Assembly (NCBI GenBank): GCA_030704615.1
Contig: CM060734.1
Coordinates: 33,604,001 to 33,668,000 of the forward strand
Origin: Takakia lepidozioides
Lineage: Eukaryota; Plantae; Bryophyta
Direction: 5' to 3'
DNA: 64,000 nt
Part shown: positions 1-12,591 of the stretch, in pieces
Position numbering within the stretch: position 1 is the first letter of the stretch
How the letters are laid out: the number at the start of each line of letters is the position of its first letter
The notes under the pieces: model-generated
What the model was told of the DNA's origin: nothing
The model's input: the letters and a program-made list of their open reading frames with translations, nothing else
Database searches by the model: none
Made by a program: the position numbers and the translations under genes

Positions 1-660
1 CAAGGATGTTTCCTGGCCCCTTTCTCTTCCTAATCGCTGCCGACGGTCTTGGGCACCTTGGAATGATTCTGTTTGTTCATTGATAATAACTCCTACAGTA
101 ATGTCCAAGCCTCACTGATACCCTTTCCTCCTGTTCAGCTTCTGGTCTGAAAGTGAACTGGAAGAAGTCGGATGGATTCTTAGCTCCTTATCTGATTCGG
201 AGGGAGCAGCACACTATGCTGATTGGGGTTCTGATTTGGGAGTACGGTGGCTTTCTCGTGGGCAGCCCCATGTTCTGCTGGGGCATCAAATTGGGCTCGA
301 TCCTGATGACAGTATCCGCTTCGCTCCAGTAATTGCCAGAATTAAGAGAAAACTAACCTACTGGAGCTCCATTCACCTTTCTATTGTTGGGCGTGCTTTG
401 ATTGTCAACCAGATCTTATTAGCATCCTTCTGGTTTATTGCCTCAATTTGGTCTCCTGGATCGGCCATCATCAGACAAATCAAATCCCTAATGCGTATTT
501 TTATTTGGGGAGCCACTCAAGTCACTACCAACAAAAGAGCCCTAGTGAGCTGGGTGCAGTTGTGTCAGAAAAAAAAACTTGGTAGTTTGGGCGTGATTGA
601 TCCTCAGGCACAGATCCGATGCCCTTCTAGCTAAATGGGTTCCGAGAGTGTTTACTCATC
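1..660 (+). mobile_element. L1/Tx1-type LINE ORF2 (reverse transcriptase C-terminal part), frameshifted remnant
   Basis: Translations give QGCFLAP..LFLIAADGLGHL (QG.PLSP.LF-like motif), SGLKVNWKKS, RIKRKLTYWSSIHLSIVGRALIVNQIL and LVSW..LC..KKLGSLGV..ALLAKW, all typical of plant L1 ORF2. Frameshifts are present. Confidence 0.85.
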
Positions 661-679
661 TTACCAGTCCTTGGAGCAT

Positions 680-1880
680 ATTGTATATTGTTTTCACGGA
701 TAACGGTTGCCTGGAGATACTCGAGGAGGGCATTGCTGTCATGCGTGGAGTTGCTTTCCGACGACTTTACCGCCTCCTGTTTGAGGCAGTAACCCCTGCA
801 GCAACAACAATTGCTTACGCTGGAAGCTCATTCAGCGGTACCACAAGACGAGAGAGTACGCAAAGTCTTGATCGCTGGCACAAGCGACTGGCTCATGTTA
901 ACCACTCAGCCATCAAGACGATGGCATCCAAGGACATGGTGGATGGTCTAATCATCGAAGGAGGACCCCATAGTTTATGCCCGGGTTGTGTCTACGGGAA
1001 GCAGCACAGAGCAGCTAAATCCCATGGAACGAGCATCGCATCAAATCAAGACTCCCTGGTGAGCTGAATACACCAATCAGTCATTCACAGAATATGTGAG
1101 CGTTGCCAACATTCAGTAGCAGCTCACAACTCCATACACGCCTGAGCAAAATGGAGCTGCAGAGCTGCAGAGAGAGATAACAGAACAATCGTGGAAGCAG
1201 CAAGAAGCATGTTGTATGCTGGTAACATACAGATTAAATTCTAGGGGGGAGGCAGTGCATACTGCAGTCTACGTTCTGAATAGGACCTATACACGGATGC
1301 TTGACGACATCACACCGCATGAGGCCTGGTATCAGTATCGTCCCTCAGTCTCGCATATCCGCATTTTCGGATGTGACGCATATGTTCACATCCCTAAGGA
1401 ACTGAGAAACAAACTGGCACCCAAGAGCAAGAAATGAGTACTGCTCATGGGGTACTCTAAGACCAGCAAGGCGTATCGGATTTGGTTTAACGATATCTGA
1501 AAATCGTTGAGAACCGGGATGTCCTCTTCGATGAGGAATTAGAAGACATGCCTCCTTAGCAACAACACATCAATCAGATTTGGTTTGAAGAAACCACACA
1601 CATTAATCTAAACCCCAATAGAGTAGTCCCAGTGCCAGCAGCTCCAGTTCACATTCCGCCACCAGTAGTTCGACTAGCACCAATTCTCGTTGGTATAGTC
1701 GCAGCTGGAGCACCCCGAGTTGTAGTGAGAGCACCTCCAGCTGTAGTGGTAGCAACACCAGTCCTTGCAAACAGGCTAGCTCCGGCTATGACACACCCAA
1801 GGGTAGATGCGAGGTTATAAGGTGGACCAAAATTAGCGTCACCAACACAGTTTTCAGTGACTGTCGTGCATGATATCATG
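680..1880 (+). mobile_element. Ty1/copia remnant (GAG-pre-integrase and integrase), degenerate
   Basis: Motifs WHKRLAHVN...CPGCVYGKQHR, TPEQNGAAE, EAVHTAVYVLNRT and HIRIFGCDAYVHIPKELRNKLAPKSKK. Internal deletions and stops. Confidence 0.9.
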
Positions 1881-2274
1881 AATTGCTTTTAGTAGAATCA
1901 ATAATGTTGAGAATCATTTTCCATGGTGGATTCGTAACTTCAATATCTATCTATATCAACCGTCAAATTGTTAATAAAATAAAATGTCCAAGAAGTATGG
2001 ACTTTTGAACACGACAACTGTGGACTGTCACCGCTGCTAATGGAAATACATGAACTCAAAATAAGCCATTGTGCCTTTGGTGTATTGCTTTGAACTTTTG
2101 AGGTAAGGGGGTCAATTTAGATAACAATCTAGATTTCAATTTAAAATGACAATATCAGTTGTCATTTACCTATGGACTAATATGAGTGTTATATATAGGT
2201 GGATTTGTTCTAGTTTAGTATATCTTGTGTTTTGGGTTTTTGAGGTGTCATATTTTACTGCAAATGATACAAAA

Positions 2275-5200
2275 ATAAGCTGCGAGGGGATGTGTGCATA
2301 GGCTGTAGTTCCAAATGCACGTAAATGTGCCACATCTGGTTGCTTATTATTCCAGGCCTGTAATGGGGTTGCATACCCTAAGGAAAGAGTGCCAATTCGG
2401 TTGAGCAATTATGTTGTCGTCATTATCGCTTCACCCCAAAAGTTGAGCGGCATTTGCTTGTCGTGCAACATAGTCCTAACCATTTCGATAATGGTTCGGT
2501 TGTCTCTTTCTGCATAACCATTTTGTTCGGTGGTGTACGCTGCCGTCAGCTCATGTGTGATTCCCTTAGTTGATAGAAACTCGGCAAATGCTTTGTTCAC
2601 ATATTATGTCCCTCGATCAGTGCAAAGCTTCATTATCTCGTTTCTGGTAGCATGCTTGGAGATGTTCCATAACTCTTTTAAGCGATTAAGAACATCACTT
2701 TTCTGGCTGATACAATAGATTACTTTGTAGCCGCTGAAGTCGTCTTTGAAATTTACAAAATACTTAGCACCACCTATTGAAGACTGTTGAATAGGACCTA
2801 CCACATCTGAGTGATAAAACAGTCATGGTGCTTTTACTCTCTCACGCTAAATGTGTTTAAGATTTTTACCATGGACACAATTCTGACACAATGGAAGGTC
2901 GTTCATTTTGCCTGAAATGTTTAGACTTGTAACTGATCATCTCTTCTCCATGATCTTAAGCACCTCAACATTAGCATGACCAAAGCGTCTATGCCAATTT
3001 TCTAAGGTATCTCTCCTTTGAGTGACAGAACCAATCTCTGCGATGACTGAGTGTGCCCGTGAATTTAGTTTAACTACTCCGATATTCATTTTCCACAATC
3101 GTCTCTCTCTCTGTCTGATGTCATTACCGGCTTAGATTCTCTTTGCTCTGAGTAGAACCGACAATTAGTATTGTTGCGGTATAAACAAGCTATGTCTCTG
3201 CTGATAAGCGCAGTGAGTGACACAAGATTGCGTCTCAGGTCAGGTACAAAGAGTACTCGGTTCAAAATGCTTCTTATCCAAATCCCATCAACATAAGACT
3301 CTATTTCTATGTCTCCAATACCTTTGACCCAAACCTGAAGATCCGTTGCGACTTTAACCCCAAACCCCAGAGACAATAGGTTTAAAGTTAGCGTACCAAT
3401 CGCGATGGAATGTCATGTGCTCTGATGCCCCGGAGTCGGCAATCCACATTTCTTCTTGATCACTGTGTGTGATGTACGCTTGATCAACTGATGTATCATG
3501 TTGTTGGGTGAAAGCATGCTAATGTGTACCACTGACACTCCTGAAAAGAATTAAATTTTGACTGCTGGCGCGTTACACTGCGGCGCGTGGACATGACATG
3601 TTGCGATGAAAACGTGAGGAAATTAACAAATGATAGTGGGCACCTCAACCCCATCCATCGGATGCTCGTACACCCTCTTGTACACCTCCAATTTTGCTCG
3701 TACACCACTAATTTTGAGTTTACGATACTAACTCAACTTCCGTTTGCCACCATTTGTTTTCCCCTCATCGCATCCAAGCCGGGTTTGGTGTGTTTGATGC
3801 CTACTTCAGTGCCGCAGATGCTCGTATAATCTTTAGGAGTTTATTTGATATATTTTTAATTTTAAAATAATTTACAATGAATGATACATTATTTGTAAGA
3901 ACTCATTTTGGCCTCAAATTCAAAATTGGAGGACCTTGTAGCCATTTCAAGGACATGGCCTTCTTCCTTTTCAGTAGCTAAACATTTGGTGAAAGAACTA
4001 TGTTCAAATTTTGAGGTTTAGTAGTACCAAAGTTTGATGCCCCTAAGTTATACATACCGCATAGTAGAAAATTCCTATGATAATGGGTTTTTCTGGTTTT
4101 GCAGGTCTACTGTCCTTTTTGCATTCTTCCATACCTTACATAAACACATGAAAATCCCTGATAAGACCTTCACATGTTATGGGTGTGAAAATGAGTCCTA
4201 AAGGACTACAACATTTTGGGACATTTAAACCTCGTGCTATTCAAGACTTCTTTAGGACCCCTTAAACTTGTCAAATCACAAAAACATTTATATGGGCATG
4301 ACAAGAACTTCAAGGGCTTTCCAATGATATAATGTGTCTGTGGTTTCATACTGAACTCGATATCCTAAATTTGGAATATGTGCTGGAAAACAGTTTGTAA
4401 CATCTTTTTTGGGTCCTATTGGTGTGCTTTGACCCTGTTGTAAGCACCTGCTGAATCTGGATATTATCTTGTGAGGCTACAAGTTCCAACTCCTCCACTG
4501 CTTCGTGTATCTCTAATATAACTAGCTATTGCATCACTCGCAGTGTCATTTGCTGTATGGTAATCAACTCTCAATAGCATATCAAGGATCGTTAACTCTG
4601 CTTCCACAAGAAACGCATCGCTCTCCACGACTTCTGTTTATGTTACGCTTATAGTCCTTCTTGCAGCCCTTGATTGAGCAAGGATCCTCCTACATTCCTT
4701 AGACCAGTGCCCCTAACAATGACAGTCGTTGCACTGGTTGCTCTTTTTCAATTCAGCTATTCTGCGATTTCTTGCCTTCCTTTGCTCAGGAGTACATTCG
4801 TTTGCTATAGCTCCCACTCTGACGAGCACTAGGGCTATAACTGGCAGTGCGACCTATGCTATGGCCATGACTCCCACTATGGCTGTGAGTCTTGTCTGAA
4901 CTGTTAGGCTTCCCACTACTGGCGAAGAACGCCTTATCTGCAAGATCCTGGCCTACTCCTCTCTCCTTCTCGAGATTCTCCTTCTTTAATAAACGATCCT
5001 GCAGTTTCTTGAGTGTCTGCTCTGCCTTTGGTACGCTGTCCCAGGCATAGAGAAGAATGTCGAAGCTAGGCGGAAGTCCACTTACGATCTTAGATATGAT
5101 CGCTCTCTCGTCCATTGGACGTACTCCAACATCTCTTAGCTGCTTAGCAAGTGTGGTGATATTGCTGTTTCACAATGCATCACATGCTGCAAATGCTTCT

Positions 5201-5334
5201 CATCAATGGCCTGAATCAGAATGACAATTGCTTATGTATTCTTATCACCCGTACATTTATTGCCTGATTGTTTGCAGGGTCAGGTCGCTTATCCTTTCCA
5301 CACACTACATCCCACAGACCTCTGCTCTTGTAGA
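2275..5334 (-). mobile_element. Ty1/copia remnant (gag, zinc knuckle, protease, integrase), interrupted by a TIR element and cut at gag by a gypsy LTR
   Basis: Minus-strand motifs: GLWDVVCG and LIQAIDEKHLQHV (gag N-terminus), AIISKIVSGLPPSFD, CNDCHC*GHWSKEC (CCHC, ~4695-4735), WIADSGASEHMT (~3410-3450), WHRRFGHAN, KYFVNFKDDFS, AYTTEQNGYAERDNRT, HLRAFGTTAYAHIP. Confidence 0.92.
3512..4429 (+). mobile_element. Non-autonomous ~0.9-kb TIR DNA transposon (PIF/Harbinger-like), copy 1
   Basis: TGA on both sides (3509-3511, 4430-4432). Imperfect TIR AAGCATGCTAAT...ATTGGTGTGCTT. An inverted, highly similar copy lies at 31493-32396. Removing the element plus one TGA restores the copia reading frame. 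Confidence 0.8.
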
Positions 5335-6158
5335 TGTATTCCAGGAATTTTTTGGAGTCCTAGGGGTACCCAAAATCCGATGGTTTGGGGCCCTCCAGCA
5401 GGATTGACTTCTCTACGTATGTCGCGCACCTCATTTCGGTAAGCTCCCCTTCAAGTCATAGTTATTCGCTTGATGCGCGTGCCTAACTCCCAAACTGGCC
5501 GTCGGGCCAACTCGGAGCTTCGGCTGCTCACCGGGGCATAACGGTCCCCCTTTACTCCTCCACTAGGCCCTCTCCCAATTTGGACCTGGTGAAAATTCCT
5601 TTTGGTCGATGGCAGTCCAGAATAGCTCCCCACACCTTGGCCGTTTTCCGGCTCGCACGCTTACTCATTAGTTTTTGGACACCAACGGGCTTGCACCGTT
5701 CTCGGGGTTACTACTCCGTATATATACTTCTGTGACTGTCCGCGGGGGTTTCACAAACAACACCACCATTTTATGGCGAACCACCACGAAAACCCTCGAT
5801 TCCCGGTGATGAGTCGCGGTGAGTCTTGGCCCACCCACCACAGTCCCCTTGGACCGTGATGAGTCCCAAGACTCCCCACGACTCCCACCACAAGGTCTCC
5901 GCCCCCATGGTGAGTCCTATGCCACCCCCACTAAGTCCCACTAAGTTACCACCACCCCTTGTGGAGCCACCCCCACCGCAACCCGGTGTGCGGGGCTCCA
6001 CCTAGTGAGTGCCTCCGCCTCCTCGAGTGCCTTGGGCACTGGAGGTTGCTTCAGCCCCCCGTACCTATTGATGCCACCGCCCCCACCACAGGGGCAGCCC
6101 CTCTGCGACCCGACCCCCTGCCCTCAAGCCCCTACCCTCAAGGCAAAGGGCTGCGACA
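5335..6158 (-). repeat. Probable 3' LTR of the chromovirus
   Basis: On the minus strand it starts TGTCGCAGCCC right after a G-rich PPT-like tract (6159-6190) and ends ...GGAATACA exactly where copia gag sequence resumes. Contains short GAGTCC-type tandem motifs. Confidence 0.6.
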
Positions 6159-9100
6159 CACACCCCTACCAACAGGGAGTCGATGTCCTCATTGACTTGT
6201 TCATTTTGTAGAAACGAACATCCAAGTTGTGGCGTCCCACATCAAGGAGTTTGTTTCCGCACCATGGCGTCCCATGGCTAAGAACCAAACCCCCACTTGA
6301 CTCTTCTCTCCACTAGCTAGTTCGGCCGACTTCCTCCAGGTCCCGGCGAAGGGTGGAGCCTCTCAAGCTCCTCCCAGTGCACTCTTCTTGACCCACTTCA
6401 GGGCCAAGGATCGATCCTCCCCGAGGATCGAATCGCCTTACTGCAACAACATTTGCTGCGACCGCTCGTGATGTCGCTTTTGGCATCACCTTGAGCAAGG
6501 GTTCGCCTTGAACCCTTTTTGACTAGGAAGATAACCTTGAACCAACCGTGCGCCTCAATCACTACAATTGGGTCCGCTTTGGAATGCTGGCCTGAGGTAC
6601 GGGAACACGCCGAAGCCGCACTACGACTTCGTCCCGAGGCTACACGATTATAGTACGTGAACGGAAGCACGTAGCTTCCGCATTAGCCCGCACTACAAGG
6701 CAACCCCCTTGGTAGCGCAGTTATAGTACGCACACGCGCCAGGTGCGCACTAGCACGTGAATTCCCAACGAAGGTGCAAGTTTCTTTGCCCCTTGGGTGG
6801 GAGTCACCCGATTTCGGCACTACACAAACACACGATTAATCCAATTTACCTTTCCCACTTTGTAAGCTTAGCATGCATTCTACACACTAGCCAATCATAC
6901 CATGCATCACCATTCCAAACAAAATATGACGCACAACATTTGGAAACCATTTCTTTTATAACAAAATTTGTACAATACAAGTTTTCGCAATTGGATTCCT
7001 GAGCTAGCTAAGCTGGGCTAAGCATGCATTTCCTCCCCCACGCTCTAAGGTTGATGTCCCCATCAACGCTTCTTCGAAAGCTGCAATCGCCTCGGATGCG
7101 TTTCCCATTTCTGAGGTACGCACCCAAGATGCTTCCACATGATAATAGCCCTTCCATTTCACGAGATACTCCGTTTCTCGATTCATGAACCTCCTCGACT
7201 TAAGCACTGCCTCCACCTCGTACTCAGGTTCATTTTCATGATCCAACAGCACAGGTGGCGGACGCAACATTTGAGGCCGATTCGGACGCGCTTCATCTTT
7301 GAAGTAAGGCTTCAAAAAGGAGACGTGGAATACTGGATGCACCTTGCTGTTTGCCGGCAGCTCCAATTCATACACATCCTCATTCATAACCTTTCGGATG
7401 CGAAAGGGTCTCGCATACGGAGGTACGAACTTCGGACTCACTTTCGGAGGTAGTCGAAATTTTTTGATGTTCAACCAGACCTCCGTGCCTGCCTCATTGT
7501 TAATCTCCCTCCGCTTCCGATTCGCCTGCCGTTCAAACCGTTTCCTAGCTTTGGCAATGTTGTACTTTGCGAGCTTCAACAAACGCTCGCGTTCTTCCAG
7601 CACTGCCGCTGCTGCCGGTTCCTCAACGTCTTGGGCGGCCCAACTTGTCGGCAGCAGAGGTGCTTTTCCATAGACCAATACAAAAGGGGAAACTCCTGTT
7701 GCGGAATGTTTTGTGTTATTATAACAGAACTCTGCCGCATCCAAGTGCTCCACCAAGTCCAATTGGTCTGCCGACACGTAATTCCGCAAGATCTGCTTCA
7801 CCACGGAATTCACCCTTTCCGTTTGGCCGTCCGTCGTAGGTCGGAAGGCGGTGCTCATTTTGAGTCTCGTCCCCATTTTCTTCCAAAGTACCCTCCAAAA
7901 TTTACTAGTAAACTTTGGATCGTGGTCCGAGACAATATCTTTCGGGAGTCCATGATGCTTGAAGACGTGGGCGAAGTAAAGTCGCCCCGTCTCCTGCACC
8001 GTTGCCGTCTCCTTGGTAGGGATGAAATGACCCATTTTGCTGAACCTATCGACCACCACCATGATTGCGTCGAATCCTTTTGACAGCGGCATAACAATCA
8101 TGAAGTCCATCGAGACACTTTCCCAAGACCCCTTTGGAATCGGCAAGGGTTGTAAGAGCCCCGCTTGTTTTTGTACTCGCTCCGGGTTTTGTTGGCATGT
8201 GGTGCATGTCTTGACATACTCCTCGGCCTCCTCCCTCAGTTTGGGCCAGAAATACTCCTTCTTCAGGAGTGCCGCGGTGCGCTTGGCTCCGCCGTGGCTT
8301 GCAAGCGGGCCATCATGGCATTCTCTCAAGAGACTATCTCTGATCCCTCCCATCGGCACATAGAGACGTTTTTGCTTATACCGGAGCAGTCCATTTTGCA
8401 AGTGGAACTGCGATTTAACCCCCATCCTCAAGTCCCGCGTCACGGACTTCGTCATCTCATCCTTCCGGTAAGCCTTCCGAATCTTCCTTTGGAGCGCCGT
8501 CTCGCCCCTGTACACCATCATGAGCTGCTGCTTTCTACTTAAAGCATCGGCCACACATTGTCCCGTCCCGGTTTGTACTGGATATCCACGTCGAACAGTG
8601 CCAAAGTGTCTTGCCACCTAATTTGTTTTGGGGACAACTTAGGCTGCGTGGCAAAATACTTCACTGTGATATTGTCCGTGAACACCTTCACCGGGTTGGA
8701 GCCAATATAGTGGCGCCAAAGCTCAAGGCAATGCACCACCGCCTTCATTTCTTTCTCGTGCGTTGGCCACGCCGCTCCAATTCATTCAGTTTCTTACTTT
8801 CGTAAGCCACTGGACGTCCCTCCTGCATGAGTACACCTCCAATCGCGAAGTCCGACGCATCCGTATAAATCTCAAATGGGCGGTCGAACTCCGGGATTTT
8901 CAGGACTGGAGCTTCTGCCATCCGCTGCTTCAACTCGGCAAAAGCTTGGCCACAAAAGGTGTTCCATACCTAGACTTTGGATTTACACAGGAGGTCTGAC
9001 AACGGCCCCGCGATCTTGGCAAAATTTCTCACATACTTTCGGTAATAGGAGACGAGTGTTAAGAAGGATCGCACTCCTGGAATCGAAGTCGGAGGCTCCC

Positions 9101-9580
9101 AGTCCAAGATTGCTCTCACCTTTCTGTCATCCATTTTGATCCCATCCTGTGTAATCACATGCCCCAAGAACTCCACTTTTGTGACCCCAAATTCGCACTT
9201 TGAAGCTTTGGCATACAGCTTCCCTTCCCGTAATTTCTGGAACACCCTTTTGAGGTGCTCCAGGTACTCTTCCTTTGTTCTCGAGTACACCAAGATGTCG
9301 TCGATGTACACGATCACAAAGTCGTCCAACCACTCCTGGAAAAGGCTGTTCATTAGCGTGCTAAAGGTTGCGGGTGCGTTGGTGAGCCCAAAGGGCATCA
9401 CCAAGAACTCATAGAAACCATACCTTGTCCTGCACGCGGTCTTTTCCTCATCTCCTTCCGCCACTCGAATTTGATGATATTCGGAGCACAAATCGATCCG
9501 GATGAAATACTTCGCTCCTGCTAACCGATCGAAGAGGTCATCGATCCTTGGCAAAGGATATCGGTTTTTGATAGATGCTG
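5335..9580 (-). mobile_element. Ty3/gypsy chromovirus (Tcn1-like): RT, RNase H, integrase, chromodomain; 5'-truncated and frameshifted
   Basis: RT: [32 protein letters not shown]. RNase H: YTDASDFAIGGVL, VADALSR. Integrase: HDGPLASH..CTTCQ, SMDF, TDGQTERVN. C-terminal chromodomain EYEVEAVL..EYLVKWKGY..EASW. Confidence 0.95.
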
Positions 9581-10420
9581 AAATCGTGCTTTAGCTTATG
9601 TTGTGTTTTCTGTGTTGATCATATTTTGGGTGCAAGCTGTTTCGTTTCATTTTTTGTGTACTCATTTTGGGCTCTTGGTGAGCAGGGTGTGAGGAGGGCG
9701 GTGTTCCATTTTGCGTGATCTCTGTCGTGTTTGATACGGATGCTCATGTGTGTGACCTTGGGGAATTGTTTGATGGTCATATTAAAAAAAAAACTTGTTT
9801 TGGGAGACAATGGGCAATTGCTAGGATATCAATACTTGCCAATTTTGTGGGCAATTTGTAAAAAGAATAAACTGCCTGCACGCATCTAGTGGAACCCAGT
9901 CAGTATACGTACACATTGGGAATTGATAGAAGCACAAGTTTGGCACATAACATATGAAATCAAATACAAGAAATTTCTACGGAATTGTAGAAAGACATAT
10001 GACGTTTTCATTAATTTGGTTAATGAGCTTATGCCATTTGTGTGATGCATTAAATTTTGTGAGACCGCAACTAGAGATATGAAAGATTGTAGCAGTTGTT
10101 CTCTATCGATTTACACATTATATTTCCCCAACTGGCATGGCATATCGACTCAATGTTGGTGTGTCAACCATATATATATATAAAGACATTGTCTCTGTTG
10201 CTCTTACCACACCTAAGTGTCTTTTTAGCAACAACAGGAGAATGATACACATGTCAATGTTTAGATGAATGTGTAATCCTAGAAGCTAGGTAATCTAACA
10301 TTCCACTGCAGTACTGAAATCATATGTAACTAATACCTAACAACTTGATGTACCCTTGGCTACAATTCTTAACTATATAGTGATAATAACAGTGAAAAAT
10401 ATCATTAGTAATGATAGTGA

Positions 10421-10590
10421 AACCTCGCAAGTTAGTACCGGGTTGGGCGATGTCCCATGCGAAAGCCTTCACGACGAGGTTACTTTGAAAGAGGTTATTT
10501 TTCCTCTCACTATAATTAAGGGGCCTGATTTGTGACTGTCGCTCCCAGGTGTTTCCATTTAAAAATAAAAATGAAAATGAAACAAAAAAA
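10421..10590 (+). mobile_element. SINE family A, 5'-truncated copy
   Basis: Shares GAAAGAGGTTATTTT.CTCTCAC..TAAGGGGCCTGATTTGTGA.CTGTCGCTCCCAGGTGTTTCC and an A-rich tail with 18677-18907; the core is also shared with 48931-49185. Confidence 0.7.
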
Positions 10591-10902
10591 AATACTGGGA
10601 GAACCCATGATGTGTTGTAGTAGTAATAGTACTCCATCGTTTAACTATTAAGTTGACTTAAGAAGAAAACTGATAATCTAACAAAGCATGCAACACAATC
10701 CACTCTGCCTTTGATGCCTTTTGCTGATGGGACTCCCTCAGATTTCAATTTCCTCACATGACTACATCTCAAAATCCACACGGTAGATAGACACTTCATA
10801 TTGTGACATGTAAAGAACACGACCCACTACTTGTGCCCCAGTATGCAAAGAGCCATCAGTTTTTAGACTCTAATATACATTATGAATGGAGAGAGTCTCG
10901 AC

Positions 10903-11460
10903 CAGTGTTGGGCGGTTCTTGCTTTTTTCAAGAACCTCCAGTTCCGGTTCTAGGGTAGGGTTTAAATTGCGGTTCCGGTTCCGGGGCGGTTATTTGGGAT
11001 GAAAAATAAGTGGTTCCGGTTCCATTCCAGTTCTTGAACATTAGGACGGTTCAGGTTCCGGTTATTTGCTGGAAAGAATTGCCGGTTCCGGTTAAGGGTC
11101 CGGTTACATTATTAAATTATTAAAGAAAATTAAAAAATCGAGACTGTTGAGTACTGGTCGAAACGGTTGTGCGGAGGTTTGATTCCGCCTCAAACTCCCG
11201 ATGGGTCCTGTCCGCATATATATATGTACATCTGTTGGAGGTAAAAAAAATGTGATATCCGCATATGTTCAGAACCGCAGGATATGAAGAGCTGAAATAA
11301 TTGCCATCGGTTGAGAATAGGTTCTTTTGTAGTTTTTTTTTGTCTTTGAATTGATCTGGAATTAGTGGGCCCAAAGAGGCTGGTTATAAACCCTTTTATC
11401 TTGCATTTAGAACCGGAGGTTATAATCCGGATAGTAACAGGTGATTGGGTTAACTCATAT
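10903..11460. mobile_element. hAT-like non-autonomous element with GGTTCCGGTT subterminal repeats
   Basis: Starts CAGTGTTG and has many CCGGTT/GAACCG motifs, similar to 43474-44135. The other terminus was not found. Confidence 0.5.
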
Positions 11461-11834
11461 ATATACATGTTCAGGCAGGCCGTCGCGAGCCGGGCCTCTC
11501 TTCATTTCATCTTAAGAGTATTTTTAATGTATTACATTTTTTAGTTTTATTTCCTTCACAGAATCTTGGGTTAGTTCTTGAATCTGGTGGTTGCACTAGT
11601 TCATGATGCACAACCAATGTACATGTCCCCAATATGTCTCGATTGCTGAGTCGGTCATGATTACAATAACCAGAGGAGTTCCTCAAAAGATGTTCTGCAC
11701 TACCTTAGTATATAGTAGATCAACCATTTGTATTAGAATTGAGTATCGATAAAGATGAAAAATATTAACAAATTTCAAACAACCAACGAGAAACCAATGG
11801 ATAGTTGAAATACCGTTTCAAAAAAGTGGACTTC

Positions 11835-12234
11835 ATATGAGTTTGTGTAATGGCACACGTGATGAAAGCTCTTCTACGAAAAGTGCATCCTCCACCAATG
11901 TCACTTCAAGAATTTGGCAATCTGTTTCGGATGGCAATGCAATGAACTTCTGACTGTACGAGCACTACATGTCGTAGCCTTGCAGCCATTAACCGCGCAC
12001 ACAGTTCAAGGCATGTGCTGTTGGGTGCCAGTCTGGCACTGCCCAGTGCCACCAGAGCACGCCACTATGCAAGGCCCTTTGTTTAGACTGGTTTTACCGA
12101 CAGGGCGCATTAGTGTGGCTTGAAGAACCTGCGAGTTGATATGAGTCTGTGAAATGTGACACGCGATGAAAGCTCTTAGAACTGATCTCTACAAAAAGTC
12201 AAGAATGTGGCAATCTGTTTCGGATGGCAATGCA
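11835..12234 (+). repeat. ~100-bp direct repeat pair (11835-11941 and 12139-12234) enclosing the left inverted-repeat copy
   Basis: ATATGAGT.TGTG.AATG..ACACG.GATGAAAGCTCTT...TCAAGAAT.TGGCAATCTGTTTCGGATGGCAATGCA occurs twice. Confidence 0.85.
11940..12129 (+). repeat. ~190-bp inverted repeat, left arm
   Basis: Reverse complement of 15733-15926, with about 11 substitutions and 2 small indels by manual alignment. Internal palindrome TGGCACTG-CC-CAGTGCCA. Confidence 0.95.
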
Positions 12235-12591
12235 GCCGTTTGGAGTGGAAAGGTTCCGCGTTCGGAAGATGGCGACCTTCATATGTTTGATAAGCGCACC
12301 AATCGTTCCCACTGGTCATCATTCCATCATTGTGATCATTTGGTATGTCGCAGACCTAACACTGTCCCTCACTGTGATAGTTTTTGTTCTTGAGCTGATT
12401 TGGATCGACTTTCTTGGGTGGGATTCACAGAGTCCGAGCTAGAAGATTATACATTACGGACAAGTATGACCTGGTCAAGGCACATCGTTGCTGAGTAAAA
12501 TACTGTAAGAGCGACCGTCAGTGAACCAGTGGACAGATGTGAAGAGCCAGAACTTCTCTCCGGCAATTGAAGCAATCGCCTGGAGCATATT

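Noticed and set aside
3512-4429. Solo LTR interpretation of the 0.9-kb repeat (begins TGAAAG, and copy 2 is next to the gypsy element)
   Set aside because: It does not end in CA, has no 4-6-bp TSD, and no copy exists at the other end of the gypsy element. A 3-bp TGA duplication with TIRs explains both copies.
9860-9892. Helitron 3' end (…CACGCATCTAGT)
   Set aside because: CTAG-T is present but there is no convincing subterminal hairpin.
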